Made by a program: the position numbers and the translations under genes
The notes under the pieces: generated by a model
Told to the model about the DNA's origin: nothing
The model's input: the letters and a program-made list of their open reading frames with translations, nothing else
The model's database searches: none
Part shown: positions 20,367 to 30,584 of the stretch, in pieces
How the letters are laid out: each line of letters opens with the position of its first letter
How positions within the stretch are numbered: the stretch's first letter is position 1
DNA from: an uncultured delta proteobacterium
GTDB lineage: Bacteria; Bdellovibrionota; FAC87; UBA2466
Direction of reading: 5' to 3'
Assembly (NCBI GenBank): GCA_963778115.1
Contig: CAVZSV010000004.1
Location: forward strand, 1,280,001 to 1,344,000
Length of the DNA: 64,000 nucleotides

Positions 20367-21237
20367 TGTAGAAACCCTGGTTTAGAAAAAATGGCTGGGC
20401 GACGTCGGAGTACTCATCATCTCCATAGATATAAGCGACAAAGTGCGGAGCTTTTGCCGCCTGATACTGGGCGATGGCGGCACCCAACGGAACGGCATTA
20501 GGAGTTACCGTAATGGGGCAATAGTTTCCGCTCGTGTCTTTGGTAATGAGAGACCATAGGGTGGCGGCGGCCGCCACCTGGCTTGAAGCTAGATACTTCT
20601 TAACGGTTCCTATCTCGAGTCCTCCCGAAGAGTTCCTATTCATGGTAAAGTCCATTGCCATGCTGATGGTTCTATTCTCCATCAAACCTGTTTCAGGATT
20701 GGGAAACATAAGTTCCGCATCCCATCGGGCAAACGAAATGCTGGAAGGGGCCTCGGTATTTCCGGGAGGAAGCCAGCTAAAATCTTTGCAATTAAAAATA
20801 TCGTTGGGAATGGGAACTGCAAGTTTTGGCGTCCCTCCGCGATCGGAGAACGCAACTAACCCTTGCTGAAAGAGGGGAAATTCCATGGGGGGAGCGCCGT
20901 TAGGGGCTTGGTAGCGCATGGTTACGGTCTTACCTATTTTGGAGGCGTCCGGATGAACCACCCAAGCCATGGTGAGATCGTTTAGAATCAATCCCAAGCG
21001 ATACTCGCAAGAAATATTTGAATTATTTGTGCAAGAGTTGTCGGTTATCTTAATCGGAAGATCCGTTTCAAGAACGTCGCGCCGATTAATCATGAATTCG
21101 GCGACCCGTCCGTCCTTGAACCTCAAATCGACGGGTTTTCCCTTCTCCATGACGAACTGGTTTTGAGGAGTATCGGAAAATGCGAAGACGCAAAATAGCG
21201 CGGACAGACCTATAGCCCAAGAGGCAAAATGCTTCAT
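20341..21237 (-). CDS. secreted hypothetical protein (first gene of DUF1501 operon)
   Basis: Signal peptide MKHFASWAIGLSALFCVFAFS; beta-rich; stop overlaps the next start. Confidence 0.72.
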   Translation of the reverse strand: MKHFASWAIGLSALFCVFAFSDTPQNQFVMEKGKPVDLRFKDGRVAEFMINRRDVLETDLPIKITDNSCTNNSNISCEYRLGLILNDLTMAWVVHPDASKIGKTVTMRYQAPNGAPPMEFPLFQQGLVAFSDRGGTPKLAVPIPNDIFNCKDFSWLPPGNTEAPSSISFARWDAELMFPNPETGLMENRTISMAMDFTMNRNSSGGLEIGTVKKYLASSQVAAAATLWSLITKDTSGNYCPITVTPNAVPLGAAIAQYQAAKAPHFVAYIYGDDEYSDVAQPFFLNQGFYNDANVQFN

Positions 21238-21333
21238 GACCCAACCCTGGCTGAAGTGTTTTGGTATTAGATTTCCATATTCAGTTGCCGCGCCGAAACT
21301 AACATTCGCGATACGGAGACACAAGCATTGCTA

Positions 21334-22482
21334 TTATTGCTTGGCGTCATTTTTAGGCATTGTCGTCGACAATGGGGACTGAAATTTATATAGGCCATAA
21401 GGCTCGGGCGGATTCGGCCCGCGATTGATCTGCGAAGTCGTGACGTAAATAGCATGATCGGGTCCTATAGCGAAGCTATCGGGCCACACAAGTCTGGGAT
21501 CTTGGATGAGAAGTGACTCTTTTCCCTGGGCGTCGACGCGCTTAATGCCATCTTGCTGTAAAGCCGTCACATAAATCGAAGTTCCGTAGCGGATCAGTCC
21601 ATCCGCAGGACCCGCATGGGCGAACACTTCAACATGTTTTTCTCGCTCGTCGTCGGAGAGTTTAGGATCGCGCAGAGACTCTCCCTTAATCCGATACATG
21701 GTAGCACCGGAAAGTGCTTGGTAATAAAGCGTATCACCCTCTTGATCCAGAGCAATCCCGTCCGCGTGAACTTGTTTGATGCTTCCATCGGGCATCCGCC
21801 ATTCTTTCCCTTCAATAATAAGCGTCAAATTCTCGGAATGGGTGGACGGACTATTGACCAATGTCCGCCAACTTTTCCCGCTATTCAGATCTACCACTAC
21901 GATGGCGCCCAGCCCCGAATCGGTGAGGTAAGCAAAGTTTCGAGACGTATCGATACGCACGTCATTGAGATAACTCTTTTCAGGGGCTGTCTCGGAATCG
22001 AAACGATACGTTCGCGCGACTTTATTGGTCTTAAGATCGATCTTCACAAGCTTCGCCCCGTGCCTTACGACTCCGGCAAAATTGGGGCTCGCCGGATCGA
22101 CCACCCAAAGAAAATTATCTCTATCCACCACTACTGACTGAACACATACCCATTCGACTCTAGGATTATCAGCGTGACGCCCCTCACGCCAACGATTCCA
22201 GTTTTTATCGGGGTAGGGAGTTACCCCATTCCCCAGTAACTCTCCCACCGAAACAGGAACATCGGGTGACCATCTGGGATAGTTGACGAAGATTCGTCCT
22301 TCGTGCGAAACAGCAACTCCCGTCCATTGCTTTTTAGATTGAGCCACTCGAGTGAGCACGGGTTGAACTACGGGTGACTTCACTATGGGAGGGGAGGAGG
22401 CGCAGGAGACTAACCCAATAAATGTTACCAAATACCCTAAATTTCGAAGATCTCGGTTCATTCCAGCTTCATACTCCGCCAT
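21334..22482 (-). CDS. major royal jelly protein/yellow-family beta-propeller lipoprotein
   Basis: GRIFVNYPRW, VQSVVVD, SYLNDVRID, AYLTDSG, ADGIAL, WPDSF; lipobox LVSC. Confidence 0.9.
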   Translation of the reverse strand: MAEYEAGMNRDLRNLGYLVTFIGLVSCASSPPIVKSPVVQPVLTRVAQSKKQWTGVAVSHEGRIFVNYPRWSPDVPVSVGELLGNGVTPYPDKNWNRWREGRHADNPRVEWVCVQSVVVDRDNFLWVVDPASPNFAGVVRHGAKLVKIDLKTNKVARTYRFDSETAPEKSYLNDVRIDTSRNFAYLTDSGLGAIVVVDLNSGKSWRTLVNSPSTHSENLTLIIEGKEWRMPDGSIKQVHADGIALDQEGDTLYYQALSGATMYRIKGESLRDPKLSDDEREKHVEVFAHAGPADGLIRYGTSIYVTALQQDGIKRVDAQGKESLLIQDPRLVWPDSFAIGPDHAIYVTTSQINRGPNPPEPYGLYKFQSPLSTTMPKNDAKQ

Positions 22483-22493
22483 TCGCCTTCTGC

Positions 22494-22524
22494 CTACAAA
22501 AAGGTACGGCCTACCTTCTTGTAG
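22494..22524. repeat. REP-like palindrome (third copy)
   Basis: Reverse complement is 29/31 identical to 4863-4893. Confidence 0.85.
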
Positions 22525-24432
22525 TTAGGGCATCGGGGACGTTGCAAGCGGGACGTTTTGAGAAAGGCGGTTGCTGGCGATTACGCGAACCATGAAGGAG
22601 GAATCCGCGAAGGAATCCACCAAAGAAACATTGTAGAGTTCAACTGCCAGAGCTACCTGCTTTTGGGGAACCTCGTCCTTGGGGATTTGAGCGGTTAAAG
22701 CTCCCGGAATTAGGAAACTGAGTTTTGTCTTTACGGGAAAATCACAAACCAAGTGATAGCCTTTATTTCGGTTGGTATCGTATCCGCCAAAAGAGATTAG
22801 GGCGCGATCGGAGGAGCCAGGGCTTACGATGCCCAAATGAAAGTCTTCTCCCGGAGTCAATTGAGCATCGGTACGCACTTTGAAATTTGGAACTCCACCT
22901 ATGCTGGTCTCAAAATTATCTTTTACCTCCGAGACTACCCCTTGGAGTTTTATTTTCTTTCCCGAAGATATCCACTGCGTAAATCTCTTATGATCAAAAG
23001 TCTCGTCGGGCGCATCTCGATATTGACTGCGAAGCGGATATTCCAAAGACAACGCTTTGTCGGTGGAAAGCAAAAGGCTCTTTATTCCCATATTAAACCC
23101 TTGGGGATCGGGATAAGCAAAATCGACATTGTAATCAAAACGGCTCAGACGACATTGGTCTTGAGTGAAAGTATCCCCTCGCTGAGGGTTGGGGCTGAGA
23201 GCGTCGCTCTTTAGAAACTGCGCATCATGAGTGTAGGTCGCCAACTCGCTAATCGTTGGCCCCTTGGGATCGCCTCGTCCTACTCCAAGGCGAATCAACT
23301 CTAAATTCACCGCTTGTAGTTTTCCGTTCAAACACCTCTGCATTCCCTGACTTTTCTTACAGTCGGGGGCTGGAGGCTCTTCTGCTGCCAATTTGGTGAG
23401 TCCCGTTCTGCCTAATAACGCCACATCGTAGGGCGATTCTGAACTAGGGCCTTTAGCTCCGATGACAGGCATTGGAAATCCGTCTTCCCCTGTTCGGGAA
23501 ACCAACGTCTCCCAGTGGAGTAACCCTTTTTTGTCCACCACGAGCGATAACACCCAACCGGTTCGAGAAAGTTCGTCCAGCTCAAAGCGATTATCACGCA
23601 AGTTGTCGATAAAATCGTCGAACACGAAATTTCCAAGGCTATAAACAATGAGTTTGCCTCGGTACGTCTCGGCACCTTCCGTCACATGCGGATGTCCTCC
23701 GATGACGATATCCGCTCCACTATCAATCATTTTGCGAGCGAGTGCCCGCTGTCGGTCATTAGGATGGGTGTAGTACTCCTCTCCCCAATGCATGAAAGTA
23801 AGAACGAGATCGACTTTAGGCCGCACTTCTTGAATGTCCGCGATCACGGAAGCGTCGTCGCTCCAAGCGACTCCCGGCGTGTGAGGCCCTGCTTCAAACG
23901 ACCGAGGGCGAAATTCGTTGTAGCCCAAGATCGCGATCTTGATTCCGTTCTTTTCCACGATCCACGGTGTGTGCGCTTCCTTGAGATCGCGGCCCGCTCC
24001 AAAATAATTCAGGTGATTTTTTTTAAGCAGTTCGAGGGTGCTTACCAAAGCTTCATGGCCAAAATCCCCGGTATGGTTATTAGCTAAAGATACCGCATCA
24101 AAGTGTTTGGTTAAAACCGACACCGCTTTGGGATCGGCATTAAAGACGAAGTGCTTGTCTACTTGCTTGCCCCCAGGCGCCATCACGCATTCTAGATTTC
24201 CGACACGGATATCCGCCGAATCTAAGACCGAAGCAAAAGCCGAAAAGGGGTCTTTCCCAGCAGCAATAAATTTTCCGGGGATTCGATCCAGCATGATATC
24301 GCCAACGAATACGATTCGTACCGGTTTCGATTCCACGGCACTTAGCGAAGACGAGAAATGACCGAAAAGAAATAAACCACCGAAGAACGCCCCTTTTAAC
24401 CGCTCTTTACCCATAAAAAGTAGATAACCCAT
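22525..24432 (-). CDS. CapA (PGA_cap) metallophosphoesterase-like protein with ~300-aa C-terminal extension
   Basis: FVGDIML, GNLE, LANNHTGDFG, MHWGEE, GGHPHV, YSLGNFVFD. Confidence 0.85.
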   Translation of the reverse strand: MGYLLFMGKERLKGAFFGGLFLFGHFSSSLSAVESKPVRIVFVGDIMLDRIPGKFIAAGKDPFSAFASVLDSADIRVGNLECVMAPGGKQVDKHFVFNADPKAVSVLTKHFDAVSLANNHTGDFGHEALVSTLELLKKNHLNYFGAGRDLKEAHTPWIVEKNGIKIAILGYNEFRPRSFEAGPHTPGVAWSDDASVIADIQEVRPKVDLVLTFMHWGEEYYTHPNDRQRALARKMIDSGADIVIGGHPHVTEGAETYRGKLIVYSLGNFVFDDFIDNLRDNRFELDELSRTGWVLSLVVDKKGLLHWETLVSRTGEDGFPMPVIGAKGPSSESPYDVALLGRTGLTKLAAEEPPAPDCKKSQGMQRCLNGKLQAVNLELIRLGVGRGDPKGPTISELATYTHDAQFLKSDALSPNPQRGDTFTQDQCRLSRFDYNVDFAYPDPQGFNMGIKSLLLSTDKALSLEYPLRSQYRDAPDETFDHKRFTQWISSGKKIKLQGVVSEVKDNFETSIGGVPNFKVRTDAQLTPGEDFHLGIVSPGSSDRALISFGGYDTNRNKGYHLVCDFPVKTKLSFLIPGALTAQIPKDEVPQKQVALAVELYNVSLVDSFADSSFMVRVIASNRLSQNVPLATSPMP

Positions 24433-24441
24433 TCTTTCAGA

Positions 24442-26511
24442 CTAGAACACTTTGTTTTGAAGGCGCAGCGAATTTAGGATGACCGAGACCGAACTTAAGC
24501 TCATGGCAAGACTGGCGAGCATGGGGTTAAGAACAATCCCCAGCGAGGGGAATAATATCCCAGCGGCAATGGGAACTCCCAAAACGTTGTAGAGAAAGGC
24601 AAAGAATAGATTCTGTCGAATGTTTTGTAGGGTCGCCTCACTTAGACGCCTGGCTCGTAGGATTCCCTCTAGCCCGCCCTCCATCAAAGTCAGACCTGCC
24701 GCTTGAATTGCAATATCGGTTCCTTTCCCCATGGCGATTCCGACATCCGCCAGTGCAAGCGCGGGAGCATCGTTAACTCCGTCTCCCACCATAGCGACGA
24801 TGGCACCTTTGTCGCGGAGTTCACAAACGAGTTGCATTTTTTTCTCGGGACTTACTTCGGCGCGGACCTGGTCTATTCCAACTTCTTTTGCGACAGCCTG
24901 GGCCGTGGACTTTCGATCACCCGTCACCATCCAAATACTAAGCCCTTCCGCCTTAAGTTTCTCAACCGCTTCTCGAGCGCTAGCTCGAACGGGATCGCTA
25001 ACGGTTAAAACGGCAGCCAATTTTCCATCTATCCCCATGAGCAGCGCAGTCTCATCTTTCTCGGACTGAGGAAGCTCTGCATTCATCTCTACGTTTTCTT
25101 TCACAAGAAAATTAGGGGTTCCGATAACCATCTTTTTCCCTTCGATCTCTCCAGCAACTCCTGCTCCAACGACCGCTCTAAATTGATTCACTTCGCCCTT
25201 TAACGGAATGCCACGACGGTTGGTTTCACCTAAGATGGCTAGAGCTAAGGGATGCTCGCTGTTTCTTTCTAAAAGGGCAGCCCCCTTGAGGACCTCCTCC
25301 TCTGAGTGGGAAGACACAAGCGTAATTCCTGTAAGATGGGGCCTGCCCTCAGTAATGGTTCCCGTTTTATCGAGCAATAGCGTATCGGCGCGTGAGAGAA
25401 CTTCCAAAGCCTGCGCTTTGCGGACCAGCACTCCCATCCTCGCTCCCCGTCCGGTCGCCACCATGATCGAAATGGGAGTGGCTAGCCCCAGAGCACAGGG
25501 ACACGCAATGATGAGTACCGCCACCGCGTTAGCAATCGCATGCCCTACTCTAGGTTCAGGCCCCCAAACCATCCACACGGCTGCCGTGACGACCGAAATA
25601 ACTACCACCGAAGGGACAAAGTATTGAGAAACCTTATCGGCTAGTTTCCCAATAGGCGCTTGTGTTCGTTGGGCTTCGGCTACGAGCCTCACCATTTGAG
25701 CTAGAACGGTAGCCTCTCCCACTGCGGTTGCCTGAAAAACAAAACTTCCCGACTGGTTGGTAGTGCCGGCATTCACCCTATCGTTTTCTTTCTTTGAAAG
25801 GGGAATGGATTCTCCGCTTAGCATCGATTCATCGACAAAGCTTTCTCCCGAGAGAACCACTCCATCGACTGGGATATTTTCCGCGGGCCGCACGCGGATC
25901 TTATCTCCCAATCGGAGGCGTTGGCGTTCCACATCCTTTTCACTACCATCGGCTTGAACCAGCCGCGCCGTTTTGGGTGCTAACTTCAAAAGCGAACGGA
26001 TAGCATCGCCCACGCGAGCCCGTGCTTTAAGTTCAAGCACTTGGCCGACCAAGACCAGAGTAGTGATGACAGCCGCCGCCTCAAAATAGAGCCCCCCGCC
26101 TGGAAATGCGTCGGGAAAAATCAGAGCAACAACGCTATAAAGGTAGGCGACCCCCGTCCCCATTCCGATCAGGGTGAACATATTGAGGTTCCACGAACGG
26201 ATCGAACTCCAAGCGCGTTGAAAAAAGGGAAAGCCTCCCCAAAGAACGACAGGACTGGCTAACGCTAGCGACAGCCAAGGCGTCACCTCGATCTCTCCCA
26301 TAGCGATTACAAGCAAAACCGAAGCGAGCGGAGCGCACCACCATAACCGCCGCTTCATCTCAATGAGTTCAGGGTCCTCGTAATTTTCCCTAACGGTTTC
26401 CGGCTCCAAAGCCATTCCACAAACGGGACAACTTCCTGGCCCCGCGTGGTGGACTTGGGGATGCATGGGACAGGTATAAAAAGCGAAAGCGGAGGAATCG
26501 GTGGGCTTCAT
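24442..26511 (-). CDS. copA: copper-translocating P1B-type ATPase
   Basis: YTCPMHP...CPVCGM metal domain, CPCALGLATP, DKTGT, SEHPL, GDGVND, YN and MSLSS motifs. Confidence 0.93.
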   Translation of the reverse strand: MKPTDSSAFAFYTCPMHPQVHHAGPGSCPVCGMALEPETVRENYEDPELIEMKRRLWWCAPLASVLLVIAMGEIEVTPWLSLALASPVVLWGGFPFFQRAWSSIRSWNLNMFTLIGMGTGVAYLYSVVALIFPDAFPGGGLYFEAAAVITTLVLVGQVLELKARARVGDAIRSLLKLAPKTARLVQADGSEKDVERQRLRLGDKIRVRPAENIPVDGVVLSGESFVDESMLSGESIPLSKKENDRVNAGTTNQSGSFVFQATAVGEATVLAQMVRLVAEAQRTQAPIGKLADKVSQYFVPSVVVISVVTAAVWMVWGPEPRVGHAIANAVAVLIIACPCALGLATPISIMVATGRGARMGVLVRKAQALEVLSRADTLLLDKTGTITEGRPHLTGITLVSSHSEEEVLKGAALLERNSEHPLALAILGETNRRGIPLKGEVNQFRAVVGAGVAGEIEGKKMVIGTPNFLVKENVEMNAELPQSEKDETALLMGIDGKLAAVLTVSDPVRASAREAVEKLKAEGLSIWMVTGDRKSTAQAVAKEVGIDQVRAEVSPEKKMQLVCELRDKGAIVAMVGDGVNDAPALALADVGIAMGKGTDIAIQAAGLTLMEGGLEGILRARRLSEATLQNIRQNLFFAFLYNVLGVPIAAGILFPSLGIVLNPMLASLAMSLSSVSVILNSLRLQNKVF

Positions 26512-26542
26512 AGCTTGGAACCTATCACATTAGGCTTCCAAT

Positions 26543-26576
26543 AAAAAAACGGCTGGAGAAACTCCCCAGCCGTTTT
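26543..26576 (-). terminator. Rho-independent terminator
   Basis: AAAACGGCTGG...CCAGCCGTTTT stem followed by a T7 run on the minus strand, downstream of the 26600-27106 gene. Confidence 0.8.
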
Positions 26577-26599
26577 CGAATACTTCTAATCGCAATCCG

Positions 26600-27106
26600 T
26601 TAATTTTGCGGAGGCTTAAAGCCGGTATGGCCTTCTTTTTCGATATTAGCGAGATCGGCAAGTGTCGCCTTCAAAGCAGTAAAGTCCCGACTGGCGGCTG
26701 GCGTATTATAGAGAGTTTGGAGTTGTGTTTCCGCCGTGGATAGATCTTTCTGGGCCGCTGTCAAATAGCCCGTATATTGTTCGAGCAAAGGCTTTAATTC
26801 TGCTGCCGCCAATGTGGAAAAACCACCAGGGGTCATTTCATCCGGGGTAAATGAACCATCCGCGTTGAGCACTCCCACTTTAGTCAGCGCCATCTGAAAC
26901 AAGTAATTCGCCGTGCGTGTGCGGATAAGCGCGTTCATGACATCGTCATCCTTCACCGGAGCCGCTTCCGTAGTAGGAAGGGTCACCACACCAACATCCT
27001 TAGCTATCGCTCTCATCACTCCGCCCAACTTTTCATTTTCAGCAGGCGTAAATGCTTGGGCCACCACACCTATTAACATCACCAATAAACCCAACCGGTA
27101 GGTCAT
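26600..27106 (-). CDS. secreted cytochrome b562-like four-helix protein
   Basis: Signal peptide; Met near the mature N-terminus (LGGVMRAI); C-terminal KEGHTGFK; all-helical pattern; no CxxCH. Confidence 0.55.
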   Translation of the reverse strand: MTYRLGLLVMLIGVVAQAFTPAENEKLGGVMRAIAKDVGVVTLPTTEAAPVKDDDVMNALIRTRTANYLFQMALTKVGVLNADGSFTPDEMTPGGFSTLAAAELKPLLEQYTGYLTAAQKDLSTAETQLQTLYNTPAASRDFTALKATLADLANIEKEGHTGFKPPQN

Positions 27107-27387
27107 GTAATTCTCCTCGTAAAATAAATTTCTGAGAAAGTTCTAGGAAAAGTTCTAGTTATGCCGCGCCGCACCATACGGACAGCCCCCTCCCCTAAAG
27201 CACATTAACCAATCTAGAACCAAAGTAACCGCTCTGTCGATCCCTCTCGTAACATTTGTTACCGGAGCAAAGAGCGTGTCTCCACTGGTTTAGCGAAAAG
27301 TCAGTTAGACTCTGGTTAAGTTAAGAATGGATCATTGAAAAAAAAAGATGAGACGGTTAGGTTGAATTCGAGGGCTGGGGGAACGTA

Positions 27388-28110
27388 ATGGGAATGTCCA
27401 AAAAAGACGCACCGACGTTTTGGGCGAAATATTTTTTTTGCTTCTCTGGTTCATTGATAGTTGCTTGCCTGACTATCGTCCTTTCCAGTTGCAACTACAC
27501 TCATAGCTTGGTCTCCTCGTCCGTCGAGGACGGCGATTACTACGCCTATATTCGACAAAATATTTTAGACGCCAAGTGCATGACTTGCCACTACGCCGGA
27601 GCTAGACAGGTAGACCTTTCCACTTACGCCGCTTTGATGAATCCCAAGGTCATCGTCAATTTCCAGCCCAACCAGAGTCCGCTGTTCAACGATATCTCGT
27701 CGGGCGCTATGCCCAAAGGGGGAACCCCTCTCTCGGCTGGCGATATCGCCATCGTTAAACAATGGATTGTAAACGGGTGCCCCAATAGTGTCGTTCCGCC
27801 TCCACCGCCCCCGCCTCCCCAACCCACTTGGACCTGGTTAAGTGCGAATGTTTTCGGTCCCAAGTGTGTAGGCTGCCATTCGGGGGCTTCTCCCAAGGGA
27901 GATACCGATTTTTCGAGCTACACCAATTTGATCAACTCCCAAGGATCTTTCACAACACCCATCGTCGCCGGGAATGCCGCTCAAAGTGGTGTCTATACGG
28001 AACCCAGCGCTCAACCGCAACTGATGCCGCCATTACCGGCGCCTGGACTGAGCACTGGCGAATTGACGGCGATTTTCAACTGGATCCAAGCAGGCGCTTT
28101 AAACAATTAG
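27388..28110 (+). CDS. di-heme c-type cytochrome lipoprotein (two planctomycete-cytochrome-like domains)
   Basis: Lipobox LSSC; CMTCH...MP...QWI and CVGCH...MPP...NWIQAG; poly-Pro linker. Confidence 0.85.
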   Translation: MGMSKKDAPTFWAKYFFCFSGSLIVACLTIVLSSCNYTHSLVSSSVEDGDYYAYIRQNILDAKCMTCHYAGARQVDLSTYAALMNPKVIVNFQPNQSPLFNDISSGAMPKGGTPLSAGDIAIVKQWIVNGCPNSVVPPPPPPPPQPTWTWLSANVFGPKCVGCHSGASPKGDTDFSSYTNLINSQGSFTTPIVAGNAAQSGVYTEPSAQPQLMPPLPAPGLSTGELTAIFNWIQAGALNN

Positions 28111-28149
28111 TATCGCGAACGAAACGTCTTTCACAATAGGGGGAAACAT

Positions 28150-28797
28150 ATGCAAACCACACTCACTAAGATGACACTTGTCACTGCCATTTTCACCGCC
28201 ATCGTTTCACCGTTTGGTTTTGGTGCCACGACTACGGCTCCCGACACGAGCAGTGTCATCCATCTCGAAAAGGCGAAATCGGAATTAGAGTTTCTTGCCG
28301 TGGGCAATCCCAGTGCCATTAAGATTCGGGGAAAGATCGAAGATTAACCCGACGCTCTGAAGGGAACTTTCACCCTTAACGGAAAGTCCATTACGGGAAA
28401 TGCGAACATTGCTCTAGAAAAATTTACCACCGGAATCGAGCTGAGAGACAAGCATATGAAGGAGACCTATTTAGAGACTCAGAAATTTCCCCAATCCGAA
28501 CTCACGCTAACGACACTAACGCTTCCCGATTCGGCGACGGGTGACTCTTTTGAAGCTTCCCAAGTTCCCTTTCAAGCTAACCTGCTCCTTCACGGCGTCA
28601 CCAAACCCATTAGTGGGACCGTTGATGTAAAGAAAAAGGGGAAAAACGCGGAGCTTGCCTTTGACTTCAAGTTTCCGCTAAACAGTTTCGGTATAGAAAC
28701 CCCAAGCTTTATGGGAATTAAGGTTACCGACGATGTGCAAGTGACCGTTTCCCTCAATGCGGAATTGGTAGCCAATGAAACAACGCCCAAGCTCTGA
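28150..28797 (+). pseudogene. YceI-family protein interrupted by one in-frame TAA (28345-28347)
   Basis: Same frame continues past the stop: ...KIED*PDALKG...TGIELRDKHMKETYLETQKFP...LHGVTK. Confidence 0.85.
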
Positions 28798-29912
28798 GCC
28801 TTATTTTAGACGGTTAGGTTCCTTATTCTTTCTTTTGCTTTTTACGATTGCTAGCTCAAGGGCACTCGCATTCCCTGAGATGGTGCGCCACGGCTACGCC
28901 AACTGTACGGCTTGCCACGTGAGCCCCAATGGGGGTGGAATCCTTACCCCTTACGGACGCAGTCTTTCCCAAGAGCTCTTAAGTACGTGGGGGGCCAAGA
29001 ATGAATCCCGATTTTGCTTACGGACTCGTCAAGCCACCCGATTGGCTCAATTTGGGCGGCGATGTCCGTGTCCTGCAGCAATACATAAGAACCAATACCG
29101 TTGAGACCGCTAGTTTCATTTTCATGCAGGCAGATGTAGAAGCCGCAGCGACCGTAGGTAAGTTTCAAGCCGATGTGTCTGTGGGTCCCCAACCCTCGAC
29201 CACGCTCTATCATGCGGGCGGATTCATTTATAGCGATAGGCATTTTATTGCCTATCATCCCACGGATCAAATCACGATTCGTGGCGGAAAATTCATGACC
29301 GCTTACGGAATTAATACCGCCGAACACGAACTGCTCATTAAAAAGAATCTGCAGTTTGACGAAGGGATGGAAACTTATAACGTCGAAGCTTCGTACTTAG
29401 GTGACAACTTCGACGCCTACGCGACCATTATTCTGGGCAGGCCCGACGCTCCTTATCTAAATTTCGAGAAAGGGTTTGCCCTGCGATCAAGCTATCTGCT
29501 CAAACAGACCAATAAGTTGGGAGTTAGCTATTACTATGGATCGGACAACACCGCGAACCGGCATCTATTCGGCCCCTATGCTATCTTGGGACTGACCGCG
29601 AAATTTTTCATTTTGGCTGAATTAGACTTTCAATACAATTTACCATTCGGCAGTCCAACCACTTGGGGATTTGCGAATTACTTACGCGCCGATTACGAAT
29701 TCATCAAAGGAGTCCACGGCTACTTGAGTCAGGAATATAGTAACTTGGACTGGACCCAGCAGCTCAATACCACTCAGACGTATGGTATCGGGGCGCAATG
29801 GTTTCCTCGCCCTCACTTTGAATTTCAAGGAGTGGTTCAAAAGACGAAAATGCCGACAGTTTCCACCGATTTTTTTACGGTGGCCTGGCTATTGATGCAC
29901 TATTATCTTTAG
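28775..29912 (+). pseudogene. outer-membrane beta-barrel with N-terminal CxxCH, split by a +1 frameshift near 29006-29015
   Basis: FPEMVRHGYANCTACHVSPNGGG in one frame, beta-barrel ending ...MHYYL in the next; removing one base restores ...KNES(D/R)FAYG. Confidence 0.8.
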
Positions 29913-29920
29913 AAGAATGC

Positions 29921-30580
29921 TCACAGAGGTCCGCGATTGAGAAGTACGATAACGGCCACTTTTTGATCGGAAATTCTCTCGACGTTGAGGACCATCATCC
30001 TAGCTTGCTGATAATCTACTCCGTCTCCTTCGACAGCTATCTCCTCACCGAGTGCTAAAGATTTCTTGGGCTCTTGGGATGTCTTCTCTAGTGCCAGGGA
30101 GTCTAACCCCAAATCAAAGGGGATACCTTTCTGGCGGTCCATCACCTGTCGAATGGTGGCGAGCTCCTGAGCGGCTGCGACATACCAATGTCGGATATCT
30201 CCCAAAGCATGGGAGTCCAAAGGAAAGAGGTAACGAATCCCCACTTGCAGACTCTCACACCCAAAATTAACGATCTCAAACTCATCCCCGTTTCTTAGCT
30301 GGGCCATTTCAACGGCACTAACGCTAGAAATGGGATGGAAGATCACGTTCGCGACATCAGGATGTCGTCCGTCAATCCAGCGATCCGGTTTGCCCCGCAA
30401 GCAATTGGGTAAACTCTTCGCCCCAAACTTCTTTTGAAAGGCTCTTAATTGGCTTTCGTGATCGCTTGTAGGAGGAATTCCTGAAAAAGGATTCGCCTCG
30501 CCACTCATAGGGGTTTTCGCTCTCGTGGCCCAAACCGATAACGCCATCCCAAGGCCAGCTAGGACGAAAAGAGTTTTCAT
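29921..30580 (-). CDS. secreted hypothetical protein
   Basis: 219-aa ORF with signal peptide, directly downstream of TetR. Confidence 0.65.
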   Translation of the reverse strand: MKTLFVLAGLGMALSVWATRAKTPMSGEANPFSGIPPTSDHESQLRAFQKKFGAKSLPNCLRGKPDRWIDGRHPDVANVIFHPISSVSAVEMAQLRNGDEFEIVNFGCESLQVGIRYLFPLDSHALGDIRHWYVAAAQELATIRQVMDRQKGIPFDLGLDSLALEKTSQEPKKSLALGEEIAVEGDGVDYQQARMMVLNVERISDQKVAVIVLLNRGPL

Positions 30581-30584
30581 CCCT

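Noticed and set aside
28345..28347. Stop-codon recoding or alternative genetic code
   Set aside because: TAA terminates many genes in this window normally; a single lesion is better explained by error or mutation
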